Below the pieces are notes generated by a model. The model made no database searches. It had not been told where the DNA came from and was given only the letters and a program-made list of their open reading frames with translations. From Candidatus Wolframiiraptor gerlachensis (GTDB lineage: Archaea; Thermoproteota; Nitrososphaeria_A; Caldarchaeales; Wolframiiraptoraceae), in NCBI GenBank assembly GCA_021323375.2, contig JAJPCT020000025.1:22583-86582 (forward strand): a DNA stretch of 64,000 nucleotides, in the 5' to 3' direction. Of the stretch, positions 50,936 through 60,063 are shown piece by piece. How positions within the stretch are numbered: the stretch's first letter is position 1; every line of letters begins with the position of its first letter. Both the position numbers and the translations under genes were made by a program.

Positions 50936-51560
50936 CCGCCTCAACACCCTCGAGAATAGCTTTCAAGAATTTTCCGGCCGAGAGTTCGGAGGCCCTCTTC
51001 TCGAGATAGGCCTTATCGAGTCTATCCATGTTGGCGTAGATCACCTTCGCGGCGAGCTCCATCCTCATAGTGCCAGTCTCCCCCACAATGAGGCTCAAGG
51101 CATAATCCTCCGGAGATAGTATCCTCAGTCCCATCCTCTGCAAGCATCTTCCAGCAAGCTCATCACTCCACTTAAGCGGCCTCGGTGAATCAAGGAGCAT
51201 CACCACATTGTTGTTCTGGAGATCGAGGAAAGATATTCTGCCACGCGGCCCGATAACCTTCTCGAATCCACGCCCCCTAAAAGCCTCTACAACGCCATCT
51301 AAGCTTTCACCAACCTTTACCGCGAAGATCCTATCCCTCGCAATATATGGAACGCCATAGAGGGGAAGGGGGCGAAGACCATAAAAGACATAGAAGACCC
51401 CAATTTCCTCCAAGACCTGGGATACACGCTGGATGGAGCGGTCGAGAAGCCTAAACCAAGGCGATGATTCCTCGACAAACCTGACAACATCGAGACTCTT
51501 CACGGAGTCTATCTCCCTGACTATTCTCTGGAAGTCCCGGTCCGAGAGCATGGCGTCCAT
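50922..51560 (-). CDS. Hypothetical protein (nucleotidyltransferase-like fold possible)
   Basis: ORF immediately downstream of the SRP RNA; 'ILSPED' and 'LDKAYL' resemble NTase-family tails. Confidence 0.55.
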   Translation of the reverse strand: MDAMLSDRDFQRIVREIDSVKSLDVVRFVEESSPWFRLLDRSIQRVSQVLEEIGVFYVFYGLRPLPLYGVPYIARDRIFAVKVGESLDGVVEAFRGRGFEKVIGPRGRISFLDLQNNNVVMLLDSPRPLKWSDELAGRCLQRMGLRILSPEDYALSLIVGETGTMRMELAAKVIYANMDRLDKAYLEKRASELSAGKFLKAILEGVEAASRR

Positions 51561-51595
51561 TCCCTGGATAAAACGAGTAAGATCTCTTCTTTTGA

Positions 51596-51923
51596 GGGGG
51601 CGGCGGCCCTGAGGGTGGCAAGGAGGACGGGAGGCCGCGGGCGGCGGGAGGAAGTCCGGCACGTGATCCACGCGCGGCCCCGCCACGCCTTAGCGCTGCT
51701 CCCTCCCGGGCCTAACGCGGTTCGGCGTGCTCGGAGGCTGTTGCCCACCCCTACGAGTGGGGCAGCCTCCTACGAGGCCCTGCGTGGGCGCGCCCTCATC
51801 CCCCGAAGCCCGCAGCCGCGCCCTCCCCCTCGCAGGCGCCCCTCGGGTTATCCGGCCCCCGCATGTAGCCCATTTCGGGTTACAGGGAAGGGCTAGCTCC
51901 CCGGCCCTACCTGCCGCCGCCCC
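51596..51923 (-). ncRNA. ffs: Signal recognition particle (7S) RNA
   Basis: Terminal helix GGGGCGGCGGC/GCCGCCGCCCC; Alu-domain 'CCTGTAACCCGAAA'; helix 8 'AGGCCCGGGAGGGAGCAGC'; TATA-like TTATAT ~25 nt upstream. Confidence 0.9.
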
Positions 51924-51991
51924 ACTCCTCCTGATAGCCCGCCGGAGATATAACCTTACTGGGTTAAAGCCCGGAGCCGGCACCTCTCATT

Positions 51992-52222
51992 CTACTCGCC
52001 ATAATCCTCCAAGCTTCTGCTGGGCTTTAGGTAGACCTCGACGGCCCCCATCCTCCTCAATATCTGCAGGGCTCTACGCGTGAACTGGACCGAGTATCCT
52101 AGAGTCCGAGCTATTTCGCTCGAAGTATGCGGGCCATTATTCTTCAGGAAAACCAGTATCCGCAGTTGCTTTGGATCGGAAACCCCCTCGGGAAATTTCT
52201 TGAACCTCCAGAGATAGGGCAA
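51992..52222 (-). CDS. Small wHTH protein
   Basis: 'KQLRILVFL...TSSEIARTLG...RRALQILRRMGAV'. Confidence 0.7.
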   Translation of the reverse strand: MPYLWRFKKFPEGVSDPKQLRILVFLKNNGPHTSSEIARTLGYSVQFTRRALQILRRMGAVEVYLKPSRSLEDYGE

Positions 52223-52244
52223 GCAACCACCTTCTGAAGCAGCA

Positions 52245-53405
52245 TTACTCGTGTATCTTCCCCCACATCTCTCTAGCCAGCTCTCCATCGTACTTGTAGA
52301 GGTGGAGCTTTTCCTTCGCCTTCTCCCTTCTCTCGCGATGCTCCTCGAGGAACTTGAGGACCTTCTCGGTCAGGATCAGCTTTAGCTCGCCTGTTAGGAG
52401 TGCTCCTGACCTGTAATCCTCTTCTATCTTCTTCAGCTTCGCGTCATCTGGCTCGAAGAAATAGTAGAGCCACTGGAATGCGACATCCACCTCCGGGTTT
52501 CCTCCCAGTTTGCGGTGTAGCTCGGCGGTTGGCTGCCCGCCCGAATAGGCTTTCCAGATCTTTCTTCTCACGGATTCCTCATCCTCGTGGAGGTAGATCG
52601 CGGATTCCGGCTGGCTGGCGCTCATCTTGCCCGTGGGGCCTGTGAGCGGCGGCAGGAACTTGCTATGGATCGCGGCGGCCTTATAGTAGCCGAGGCTCTC
52701 AGCGATATCCCTCTGTATCCTCCAATATGGGTCTTGATCTATCGCACATGGGATGAGACAGCGCCTCCTCTCGAAGAGCGATGGCACTATCTGGATCGCC
52801 GGGTAAAAGATCATCCCGATATTCGTCTGCATGTCGAATCCGAAGACCGCCCTAACCCAGCTCATGTTAACCTTCCTCGCCACCTTCAAGGCAATAGGAT
52901 ACATGTTCCTGATATATTCCGTGTCTTGGAAGATGAAGGTCTTGTCAGGGTCGAAGCCCACGGCCGCTATATCAAGGGCGTTCTCATAGGCCCAGCTCCT
53001 CGTCTCCTCGAGCGTGAGACCCCGCTCCTCCTCAAGAAACTTCTCATCATCTGTTAGCTGTATGTAAACGTTGACGCCAAACTTGTCTTGGAGCCATTTT
53101 GTGAGATAGAATGGCAGGATGTGGCCTATGTGCATGGGCCCGCTTGGCCCCCTGCCAGTGTATAGGAAGAATCCCCGCCCAGCCTCCCAGTCGTCCAGAA
53201 CCTTGTCCAAGTCGCGGTGGGAGAAGAAGATCCGGCGTCTCAGGAGATGATTGAGCTCGCCGGCGAGTCTGCCGATCCTGCGGAGGAGCTCATCATCTAT
53301 CGGCGTTGTCCCGAACTTCTCAATCAGCTTGTCATAGTCTACCCTTCCCTCAACCCTCCACGGCGTGACTATGAATTCTTCTCCAGCTCCGCCAGCCTCA
53401 GCCAT
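52245..53405 (-). CDS. trpS: Tryptophanyl-tRNA synthetase
   Basis: 'VTPW', 'TGRGPSG.MHIGH', 'AIDQDPY', 'KMSAS'. Confidence 0.96.
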   Translation of the reverse strand: MAEAGGAGEEFIVTPWRVEGRVDYDKLIEKFGTTPIDDELLRRIGRLAGELNHLLRRRIFFSHRDLDKVLDDWEAGRGFFLYTGRGPSGPMHIGHILPFYLTKWLQDKFGVNVYIQLTDDEKFLEEERGLTLEETRSWAYENALDIAAVGFDPDKTFIFQDTEYIRNMYPIALKVARKVNMSWVRAVFGFDMQTNIGMIFYPAIQIVPSLFERRRCLIPCAIDQDPYWRIQRDIAESLGYYKAAAIHSKFLPPLTGPTGKMSASQPESAIYLHEDEESVRRKIWKAYSGGQPTAELHRKLGGNPEVDVAFQWLYYFFEPDDAKLKKIEEDYRSGALLTGELKLILTEKVLKFLEEHRERREKAKEKLHLYKYDGELAREMWGKIHE

Positions 53406-53506
53406 CTCCTCGAACAGCCCGTTAGCAGCCCAGCAATATATATGCTAAATGCGGTAACCCTTATTTCCGCTCTCAGAGAATATTCTCTCGGCGGGGGTGG
53501 TGGCGG

Positions 53507-53608
53507 GTGCCTAGGTGTCAGATCTGCGGGAGGAAGACGGAGAACCTTTACGCGGTCGGCGGTAAGCGGGTCTGTGATAAGTGTAGGTCGAAGGTTGGGA
53601 CTCCATAA
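53507..53608 (+). CDS. 33-aa zinc-finger micro-protein (not in ORF track)
   Basis: GTG start after GGGGTGG; MPRCQICGRKTENLYAVGGKRVCDKCRSKVGTP. Confidence 0.55.
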   Translation: MPRCQICGRKTENLYAVGGKRVCDKCRSKVGTP

Positions 53609-53664
53609 GCTCAGCCTAATTTTATCTAGTGGAGCTTTTGTGAGGAAGGCTGGATGAGGGAGAA

Positions 53665-54564
53665 TTGCTGAGCGAGGATGCCTTGGATAGGTTGAGGCAG
53701 GCGGGCTTGATAGCGAGAAGGGCTCGGGAGGAGGCTTGCAAGCTCATAAGAGAGGCCGCCCTCGTAATCGAGATCTGCGAGGCTGTCGAGGAGATTATAC
53801 GCCTAGAAGGAGCTAGGCCCGCATTCCCATGCAATGTCGGCATAAATGAGGTGGCCGCCCATTATACATCCCCGCCCGGAGACCAGCTGAGAATACCGCC
53901 GAGGAGCTTGGTCAAGGTTGATGTAGGCGCATCTCTCGATGGCTATATCGCTGATACCGCCGCGACGGTCGCATTATCGCCGGAGCTCGAGCCGATGGTG
54001 GAGGCGGCAAGAATAGTCCTTCAGGAGGCGATAAGGGCCATGCGCGCCGGAGTCCCAGTCTCGAGAATTGGACTTACAGTGCAGGAGGCGGCGAGCAGGC
54101 TCGGCTTCAAGCCCATAAGAAATCTCACAGGCCATGAGATAAGGCGGAACCAGCTTCATGCGGGGATGACGATACCGAACGTCGGCGGGGCATGCCCAGG
54201 CAGGCTTGAGGCGGGCCACATCTACGCCGTCGAGCCCTTCCTGACGACCATGAGGGGGGCTGGCGAGGTGGTCTCAGCGAAGATAGCGACCATATACCGC
54301 GTGGAGCCGGAGAAAACATGCCGTCAGAAGCTCAGAGAAGATGAGAGGAGGCTCATCCAGTACCTCGCCGAGAAGTTCGGCAACCTACCATATGCCGTGA
54401 GATGGATAGAGGGCTATGAGAAGGTTAAAGATGTTCATGAAAGGCTGGTCAAATCTGGTAGGATACAGCATTATCCGGTCCTTGTCGAAAGGCTCGGCGA
54501 GCCAGTCGCCCAAGCAGAGCACACAGTTATAGTCTACGAGGATGGATGCGAGATAATAACCTGA
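53665..54564 (+). CDS. map: Type II methionine aminopeptidase
   Basis: 'PAFP', 'AAHYT', 'DGYIADTA', 'NLTGH', 'AVEPF', 'QAEHT'. Confidence 0.95.
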   Translation: MLSEDALDRLRQAGLIARRAREEACKLIREAALVIEICEAVEEIIRLEGARPAFPCNVGINEVAAHYTSPPGDQLRIPPRSLVKVDVGASLDGYIADTAATVALSPELEPMVEAARIVLQEAIRAMRAGVPVSRIGLTVQEAASRLGFKPIRNLTGHEIRRNQLHAGMTIPNVGGACPGRLEAGHIYAVEPFLTTMRGAGEVVSAKIATIYRVEPEKTCRQKLREDERRLIQYLAEKFGNLPYAVRWIEGYEKVKDVHERLVKSGRIQHYPVLVERLGEPVAQAEHTVIVYEDGCEIIT

Positions 54565-54572
54565 AAAAAGGC

Positions 54573-54794
54573 TTAGAGTGTCTGCTTCTGCCTCTTCTCC
54601 CGCTGCTCCGGCTCCTTCACATATATGCCCACGATCCTCATTCTATCTCCACCGCATTTCGGGCACTTCTCCTCAACCTCGCCGAAAACATAATCCCCCT
54701 CCCTAAACGGCCTAGAGTTTATGGTTGAGCAGCTCAAGCACCTGAGGAAGGTTAAGGGATTCAAAATCTGCCTTTCCCGGCCGCTTGGAAACAT
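54573..54794 (-). CDS. Small zinc-ribbon protein
   Basis: 'CLSC...RPFREGDYVF....CPKC....IVGIY'. Confidence 0.7.
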   Translation of the reverse strand: MFPSGRERQILNPLTFLRCLSCSTINSRPFREGDYVFGEVEEKCPKCGGDRMRIVGIYVKEPEQREKRQKQTL

Positions 54795-54835
54795 GCTTTA
54801 CCCCGCCTCTTCCAGGCATAATCTCGCTTGAAGCC

Positions 54836-55996
54836 TCAACTTAATCCTATCCCAACAGTATTTCCTATCCCGGCGATGATCACCGAAGCTCCCTCCTCGA
54901 CCTTGCTCCTAATTATGCTCTTGACGCGCTCCACGACCTCTTCAGCCGCCTTAGCGATGCTCTCCTTCATCGGGGTTATCGCCTCCCCTATGGACTCGTA
55001 GATCACGAGCGCATAGAGCGGGATGTTATACTTCTTCGCTATCTCCTCTATCTTGAACTTGTCCACGCCTATCCCGCCTATCGCCGCGCCTATTCCCTCG
55101 ACAACCTTCCCCGTATCCTCGCCCTCGAGCTTGAGAGCAGCATCAATCATCACTATCGCCTTGACGCGCTCCCCCTCATTCTCAATTATCTTAATTATGC
55201 CGTCAGCCGGCTTCCCGACGGTCCCTCCCGGCCCAGCAGCCCTGAGAACGAAGAGCTTCTTACCATCCATCATGAGCTCATGAACTATGGTGTCCTTGGC
55301 AACCTCATATGTCTTCTTCTCCAATCCCTCGACGAGCTTTGCAGCGGCTAGGACTCCGACGCCATCCCCTACGGGCTGGCCCTGCATGAACGCGTAACAG
55401 GCCTGCCTATACGCCTCAGCGATCTCCATCAGCTGGGGCATCAGCATCTGGATCTGGAGCACGATGTATATGTTCGAGGTCTTCTTGCCTAAGAGGTAAT
55501 AGTGTCTAACAACCCTGTAGAGATAATCTATCCCCCTAGCAACCTCGACAAGATTTGTCAGAGTCTTCGCCCTCTCTCTATCAGCCTTCGGGCAAAGCCT
55601 CCTAACATTCTCCTCGAAAGTATCCTCCCAAGTATTGACTATGTGCTCGAGCTTATACACAATGCCGTAAGGGTCCATCGACTCGGGGGTTATCGCGAAG
55701 GATAGGAGGATCTGATCAACCTCCTTCTCCAGATCAACATTCCCGTCAGAATATTTTCGAAGAGTCTCTATGACCCTACTCCTAACCTCCTCTCTAATCC
55801 GCTTAAGCCCATAGAGCTTCCTCTCAAGATCTCTCAGGATATAGGATAGCTGGAGCCGCTGGGAGAAATTCGGATACAAGATGAAGATCATCAGGAAGAG
55901 GAGCCAGACAAGCTGTATGAGGGAGGTTAGTAGATCTCCCTGACCAGCAATCTGCATGCGGGCAAAGGCTTCAGCACCTCCGCTGGAAAAACCCAA
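54836..55996 (-). CDS. DUF1512 family protein
   Basis: 'QPVGDGVG', 'IDAALKLEGE.TG...EG.G.AIGG.G', 'GIGNTVG'. Confidence 0.85.
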   Translation of the reverse strand: MGFSSGGAEAFARMQIAGQGDLLTSLIQLVWLLFLMIFILYPNFSQRLQLSYILRDLERKLYGLKRIREEVRSRVIETLRKYSDGNVDLEKEVDQILLSFAITPESMDPYGIVYKLEHIVNTWEDTFEENVRRLCPKADRERAKTLTNLVEVARGIDYLYRVVRHYYLLGKKTSNIYIVLQIQMLMPQLMEIAEAYRQACYAFMQGQPVGDGVGVLAAAKLVEGLEKKTYEVAKDTIVHELMMDGKKLFVLRAAGPGGTVGKPADGIIKIIENEGERVKAIVMIDAALKLEGEDTGKVVEGIGAAIGGIGVDKFKIEEIAKKYNIPLYALVIYESIGEAITPMKESIAKAAEEVVERVKSIIRSKVEEGASVIIAGIGNTVGIGLS

Positions 55997-56099
55997 TTCT
56001 CAGCCCCTCTAGAAAACCATCCTAAATCCCAAGTTAAATACATATGTAGGCCTTCCCAGCCGGATGGGAAAGGATTAAAGCTCGCCTAGAAAACTCACT

Positions 56100-56188
56100 C
56101 TAAGCATTATGCGAGTTACAACTAATGACCCTACAAGGCACTACGGATAGCGTATCTCACAATGGTGAAGCCACTGGCCGGCGAGTAG
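56100..56188 (+). pseudogene. 3'-terminal remnant of a paralogue of the 4915-5807 IS110-like gene
   Basis: Aligns to the end of copy 1 (GTTACA...GGATAGC.TATCT...GTGAAGCC.CTGGCCGGCGAGTAG), encoding '...RIAYLTMVKPLAGE*'. Confidence 0.75.
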
Positions 56189-56306
56189 TAAAAGCCACAA
56201 AGGCCGGTAAGGCTCTAGCGGGTGCTCCACCATGGATTTACAAAACCATAGACGGTAATGACCGGCATCCTGCCAGCCTTTGTGGCTATAAGGACTTGTC
56301 GGCCAG
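56174..56306 (+). ncRNA. Long hairpin ncRNA, copy 2
   Basis: Same scaffold as 5792-5932 with compensatory changes and G-U pairs on the + strand. Confidence 0.7.
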
Positions 56307-56370
56307 CCCCACCCCCCATTTTTACTTTTGAGGAAAAAGGATAAAACTCGCTCAGAATCATAGTGAAGCT

Positions 56371-56496
56371 GGGGTTGCCGGTCATAGGGAGGGGGGAAAT
56401 ACCCAGACCCATTCCGAACCTGGAAGTCAAGCCCCCTCCCGCCTGGCGAGTAGTGGGGTGCGGGAGCCCCCGCGAAAGCCGGGTGCTGGCAACCCC
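56371..56496 (+). rRNA. rrf: 5S rRNA (unlinked)
   Basis: GGGGTTGCC...GGCAACCCC helix I; 'CCCATTCCGAAC', 'GAAGTCAAG', 'AGTA', 'GCGAAA' motifs. Confidence 0.95.
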
Positions 56497-56527
56497 CCTT
56501 CTATCATGTTCTTAAGCTCATGGCCTG

Positions 56528-57478
56528 ATGATTGAGGTTGGATGCTTGGTGACAGCTGGCGCCTGCACGTTCTGTGGCGAGAATCGGTCGATCTACTTTA
56601 GGCGATATTCTGGTGAGCGACTCTGCGCTCGATGCTTCTGCTCAAGCATGGTTGACAGGGTTAGGAGGACGATCTCCAAGTATGATCTCCTCAAGTATGA
56701 TGACCGGATACTCGTGGCGGTCTCGGGCGGCAAGGATAGCCTGAGCCTACTCAAGATATTACATCTGATAGAGCGGGACTTCCCGCATGCGCGGCTCTAC
56801 GCGGTTACGATAGATGAGGGGATTGAGGGCTATAGGAGTGAGGCGATAAAGATCGCGGAGAGCTTCTCCTCGAGCCTCGGCGTCCCATTCGCCTCCTTCA
56901 GCTTTAAGGAGCTCTTCGGGTTCGACTTGAGCGAGGCGGTTGAGTCCGGGGCTGCGGAGAGAGTTGGGGTTCAGCCATGCACGATATGCGGCGTCCTAAG
57001 GAGGAAGGCTCTGGTCATCGCGGCGAGGAGGCTCGGCGCAACGGTGATAGCAACGGCCCATACACTCGACGACGTGGTCCAGACATATCTGCTGAACCTG
57101 CTCAAGGGCGAGGGGAACATTAAGCCCGTGGGCCTTAGGAGAGAGGAGGGCGGAGCGGTGCCGAGGGTCGCGCCATTCAGGCTAACACCCCAGCGAGAGG
57201 TCGCGCTCTACGCCTATCTCCAAGGCATCCCATTCCAGACAATCACATGCCCCTACACCCGCACATCCATGAGGGATAGGGTTAGGAGCTTCCTAAACTG
57301 GTATTCCGCGAATAGGCCCGAGGCCCTCTTCTCATTCCTGAATAATTTCGAGAGGCTGATTATGAGGGCTGGATATGGCGGTGAGCAGGTATGCGAGTTA
57401 TGCGGGGAGCCTTCGAGCAGGAGGATATGTAGGGCCTGCGAGCTAGAGCAGCGCATAAGAGATGCCTTGAGAGCCTAG
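56528..57478 (+). CDS. TtuA/Ncs6-family tRNA 2-thiolation protein
   Basis: 'SGGKDS' PP-loop, 'CTICGVLRR', 'CPY', terminal zinc fingers. Confidence 0.88.
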   Translation: MIEVGCLVTAGACTFCGENRSIYFRRYSGERLCARCFCSSMVDRVRRTISKYDLLKYDDRILVAVSGGKDSLSLLKILHLIERDFPHARLYAVTIDEGIEGYRSEAIKIAESFSSSLGVPFASFSFKELFGFDLSEAVESGAAERVGVQPCTICGVLRRKALVIAARRLGATVIATAHTLDDVVQTYLLNLLKGEGNIKPVGLRREEGGAVPRVAPFRLTPQREVALYAYLQGIPFQTITCPYTRTSMRDRVRSFLNWYSANRPEALFSFLNNFERLIMRAGYGGEQVCELCGEPSSRRICRACELEQRIRDALRA

Positions 57479-58674
57479 ATCTGGACTAGGCCGAAGGTCT
57501 TGAATGTGAATCCTATATTGAGCGCTATGAGGCCAAGGGAGAATATTGTCAGGGCTGTGCTCACGCCCCTGATAGCCCTCTCGCTCTTTGTCAGCCTCTC
57601 CAAGAGACTTGTTATGAGAAGGCCGCCATCGAGGAAGCTAATCGGGAGCATGTTAAAGATCGCGACGTTTATTCCAAGCAGCTGGATCCAGAGCAGGAGC
57701 CTGTATAGGCCGTGCTCGAGCATCGGGTCTCCGAGGCCGACCCTCATCGGATAATAGAAGGCTACATGCGTGACCCCAAGGCTCCTAAGCACCTGGCCTA
57801 TCGGCATGTTTATCGGCTCGCGCAGCCCATAGACAAGCCTCCCCTTACTACTCTCGATCACTATCGTCTCCGATGCTGTTATGTTCCAGTAGAGGCTCGT
57901 GCTATTAACTGTAACACCACTCACGCTGTAAATCACGTCGTTCACGGATAGCTTTGCTCCCTCCTCGACACCGGCGACGATCACGCCAGCCTCCACGGGA
58001 ATAAATGCCACGAAGACTATAAGGAGGGCGATGAGGCCGACTATGAGGTTCGCGAGGCTCCCGCCAGCAGCGACCCTCGCCCTAACCCTTACAGGAGCAT
58101 TCTTGAACTCCTCCTCATCCGGCTCAACAAATCCTCCGGGGAATACGTAGAAGAGGAAGAGGCCAGTGGACTTGAGCCTCAGCCCCTCGACCCTCGCTAT
58201 TAGCCCATGCATCCCCTCATGTGTCACGAGTATTATCCCCAGCGCGAGGAGCAGATATGGCAGGTGCTCCAGTCTTATGGTCACGCCTATGACTAGGGGC
58301 AAGACGATGTTCTGGGGGCCGACCCGCGATGGCGTGAACAGGTATGTTGCGAGATTCCTGGAAAGCAGGTAGATCGCGGCACCCATCATAACAAAGCCCA
58401 AGACTATGCCGACGTCCGATAATATTCTGAGAAGTCTTGGGGCCTTGGAGGAGAATCTATCTAGGATTCCAAGAGCCCTCTCAGATCTTACGATGAAGCC
58501 TAGTGGATAGAGTTTAACTCCTCTAGGGCTCCACCTCACTAGGAACCTCAACACGAGATATGCCGCTATCCAGGCGATGGCGAGTGTTACTAGTGGATGG
58601 CTCAGCAGCTCCAGCAAGTCCGAGAAAGCAGGAGACTCTAACAATATTAGGTTAGCTCGCCTCATCCCCCTCAT
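57475..58674 (-). CDS. Site-2 protease (M50)
   Basis: 'HEGMH', 'GGSLAN', 'NMLP...DGG'. Confidence 0.9.
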   Translation of the reverse strand: MRGMRRANLILLESPAFSDLLELLSHPLVTLAIAWIAAYLVLRFLVRWSPRGVKLYPLGFIVRSERALGILDRFSSKAPRLLRILSDVGIVLGFVMMGAAIYLLSRNLATYLFTPSRVGPQNIVLPLVIGVTIRLEHLPYLLLALGIILVTHEGMHGLIARVEGLRLKSTGLFLFYVFPGGFVEPDEEEFKNAPVRVRARVAAGGSLANLIVGLIALLIVFVAFIPVEAGVIVAGVEEGAKLSVNDVIYSVSGVTVNSTSLYWNITASETIVIESSKGRLVYGLREPINMPIGQVLRSLGVTHVAFYYPMRVGLGDPMLEHGLYRLLLWIQLLGINVAIFNMLPISFLDGGLLITSLLERLTKSERAIRGVSTALTIFSLGLIALNIGFTFKTFGLVQI

Positions 58675-58756
58675 AGGGAAAACTTTTTGAGAAAGGGGCG
58701 CCGTGGAATTAGCGGCTTCACGAAATCTTCAGGGATATTATTCTCGGGGTGGGAGC

Positions 58757-59041
58757 ATGGCTAGTGGTGCTTCCCAGAGCTGGGAGGAAAAAAGGAAGAA
58801 TGTGGTCCAGATCTTGGAGTCCATAGCTAATGATGTCTCAACTCCCAGGAATATTCGGAGGGTGGCGAAGGAGGCTGCTGACGCGCTGTTCGATGAGCGG
58901 TATAAGCCGGCGGTTAGAGCCGCGAATGCGATCGAGATGATAGAAGGCATAATGAATGACCCGAATTTACCAGTCTTTACACGAACCCAGCTATGGATGG
59001 CCATATCCATCCTCGAGCAGATAAGATCATCACCCGAGTAA
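58757..59041 (+). CDS. UPF0147 family protein
   Basis: 'D.STPRNIRR', 'DPNLP...RT.LW'. Confidence 0.85.
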   Translation: MASGASQSWEEKRKNVVQILESIANDVSTPRNIRRVAKEAADALFDERYKPAVRAANAIEMIEGIMNDPNLPVFTRTQLWMAISILEQIRSSPE

Positions 59042-59134
59042 TTCATCCTGATTCTCACGGTATTATCCTGAGGCAACATGTCTACCTGTGGCTCTCAAAG
59101 GAGATATATCCGGGAGCGTGGAAGCTAGCGTGGA

Positions 59135-59608
59135 ATGGCGGGGCAGGGCGGGAGGAAGAAGATTAGGCTGGAGATGGTTGATGATAACGGGGATAAGCTA
59201 GTCCTGATCTTCGAGGGCAGACTGAGTAGGGAGAAGCTGATGCAGATGGCCGATCTCCTAGAGCTCTATGGCGGGCTCGCGGGCAGGGAGCATCAGGACG
59301 AGGAGCAGTATTACGAGAATAGCAAGCTTGGTAAGCTTGCCAGAATCCTCGCGAAATACTTTCCCTTCGGATACTTCACCTCAAGGGATGTTGTGGAGGC
59401 TTATATGACCGAGTATAGGGAGCCGATAACGCTCAGCACAGCATCAACATATCTGGCCAGGCTCGCGGAGAGGGGTTATCTCGAGAAGCATAGGCTCGGA
59501 AATCAGATAAGGTATCGGCTTGCCCAGCCCCGCGTCCCAGCAGGCGAGGAGAATATTCCAGCGAGATTCCCCTGGTACGATCTCGGCCCAGAGGCCCGGG
59601 AGAGGTAA
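59135..59608 (+). CDS. wHTH DNA-binding protein
   Basis: 'FTSRDV..AY......ITLSTASTYLARLAERGYL'. Confidence 0.7.
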   Translation: MAGQGGRKKIRLEMVDDNGDKLVLIFEGRLSREKLMQMADLLELYGGLAGREHQDEEQYYENSKLGKLARILAKYFPFGYFTSRDVVEAYMTEYREPITLSTASTYLARLAERGYLEKHRLGNQIRYRLAQPRVPAGEENIPARFPWYDLGPEARER

Positions 59609-59651
59609 TCCTCAATAGTCTACGAATCTGTATAACACGCGGAAGGCTTGT

Positions 59652-60050
59652 ATGAGGAGCTCCGTCCTCGCTTTTCTCGAGAAGAGCGGCGTCCAAATCC
59701 CCGAGAAAAATGTCTTAAAGTCTCTCCTGAAGCTCTCATACCTGACTGAGCCGCAACTCGAGGTTCTCCTAATAGAGCTGGGCTCCGCGAATCTTGGGAG
59801 GAAGGTGACTATCCGGGAGAAGGCTAGGATAAGGGGGGTTAGCAAGGGCGCCTACGCCCGAACCATGAGGCAGGCGATAGACAACATTAAGCGGAGCATA
59901 TACACGCTCTTCCTCCTCAGGTATCTCGGCGTTCTGGGCGATGAGGCGGTCTCGGCGATAATAGAGGCGGCCGATCTCCTCAAGAAGGGCATGGTTGAGG
60001 AGGCAGCTAACCTGATAAGCAGCGTGACGCCACGTGATATCACACAATAG
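59652..60050 (+). CDS. Tfx/sigma-like HTH protein
   Basis: 'SYLTEPQLE', 'RGVSKGAYART..QA..NI.RS'. Confidence 0.65.
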   Translation: MRSSVLAFLEKSGVQIPEKNVLKSLLKLSYLTEPQLEVLLIELGSANLGRKVTIREKARIRGVSKGAYARTMRQAIDNIKRSIYTLFLLRYLGVLGDEAVSAIIEAADLLKKGMVEEAANLISSVTPRDITQ

Positions 60051-60063
60051 GGGGCTATACCTG

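Noticed and set aside
51596-51923. GAGGAAGTCCGGC on the + strand suggested RNase P RNA
   Set aside because: No matching 3' P4 motif was found; the minus strand has clear SRP Alu and helix-8 motifs and a promoter. ORFs called over this region are spurious.
56125-56331. ORF 56125-56331 and similar ORF 5762-5986 as a duplicated small protein
   Set aside because: Their similarity is explained by the shared RNA hairpin; changes preserve base pairing, not codons.
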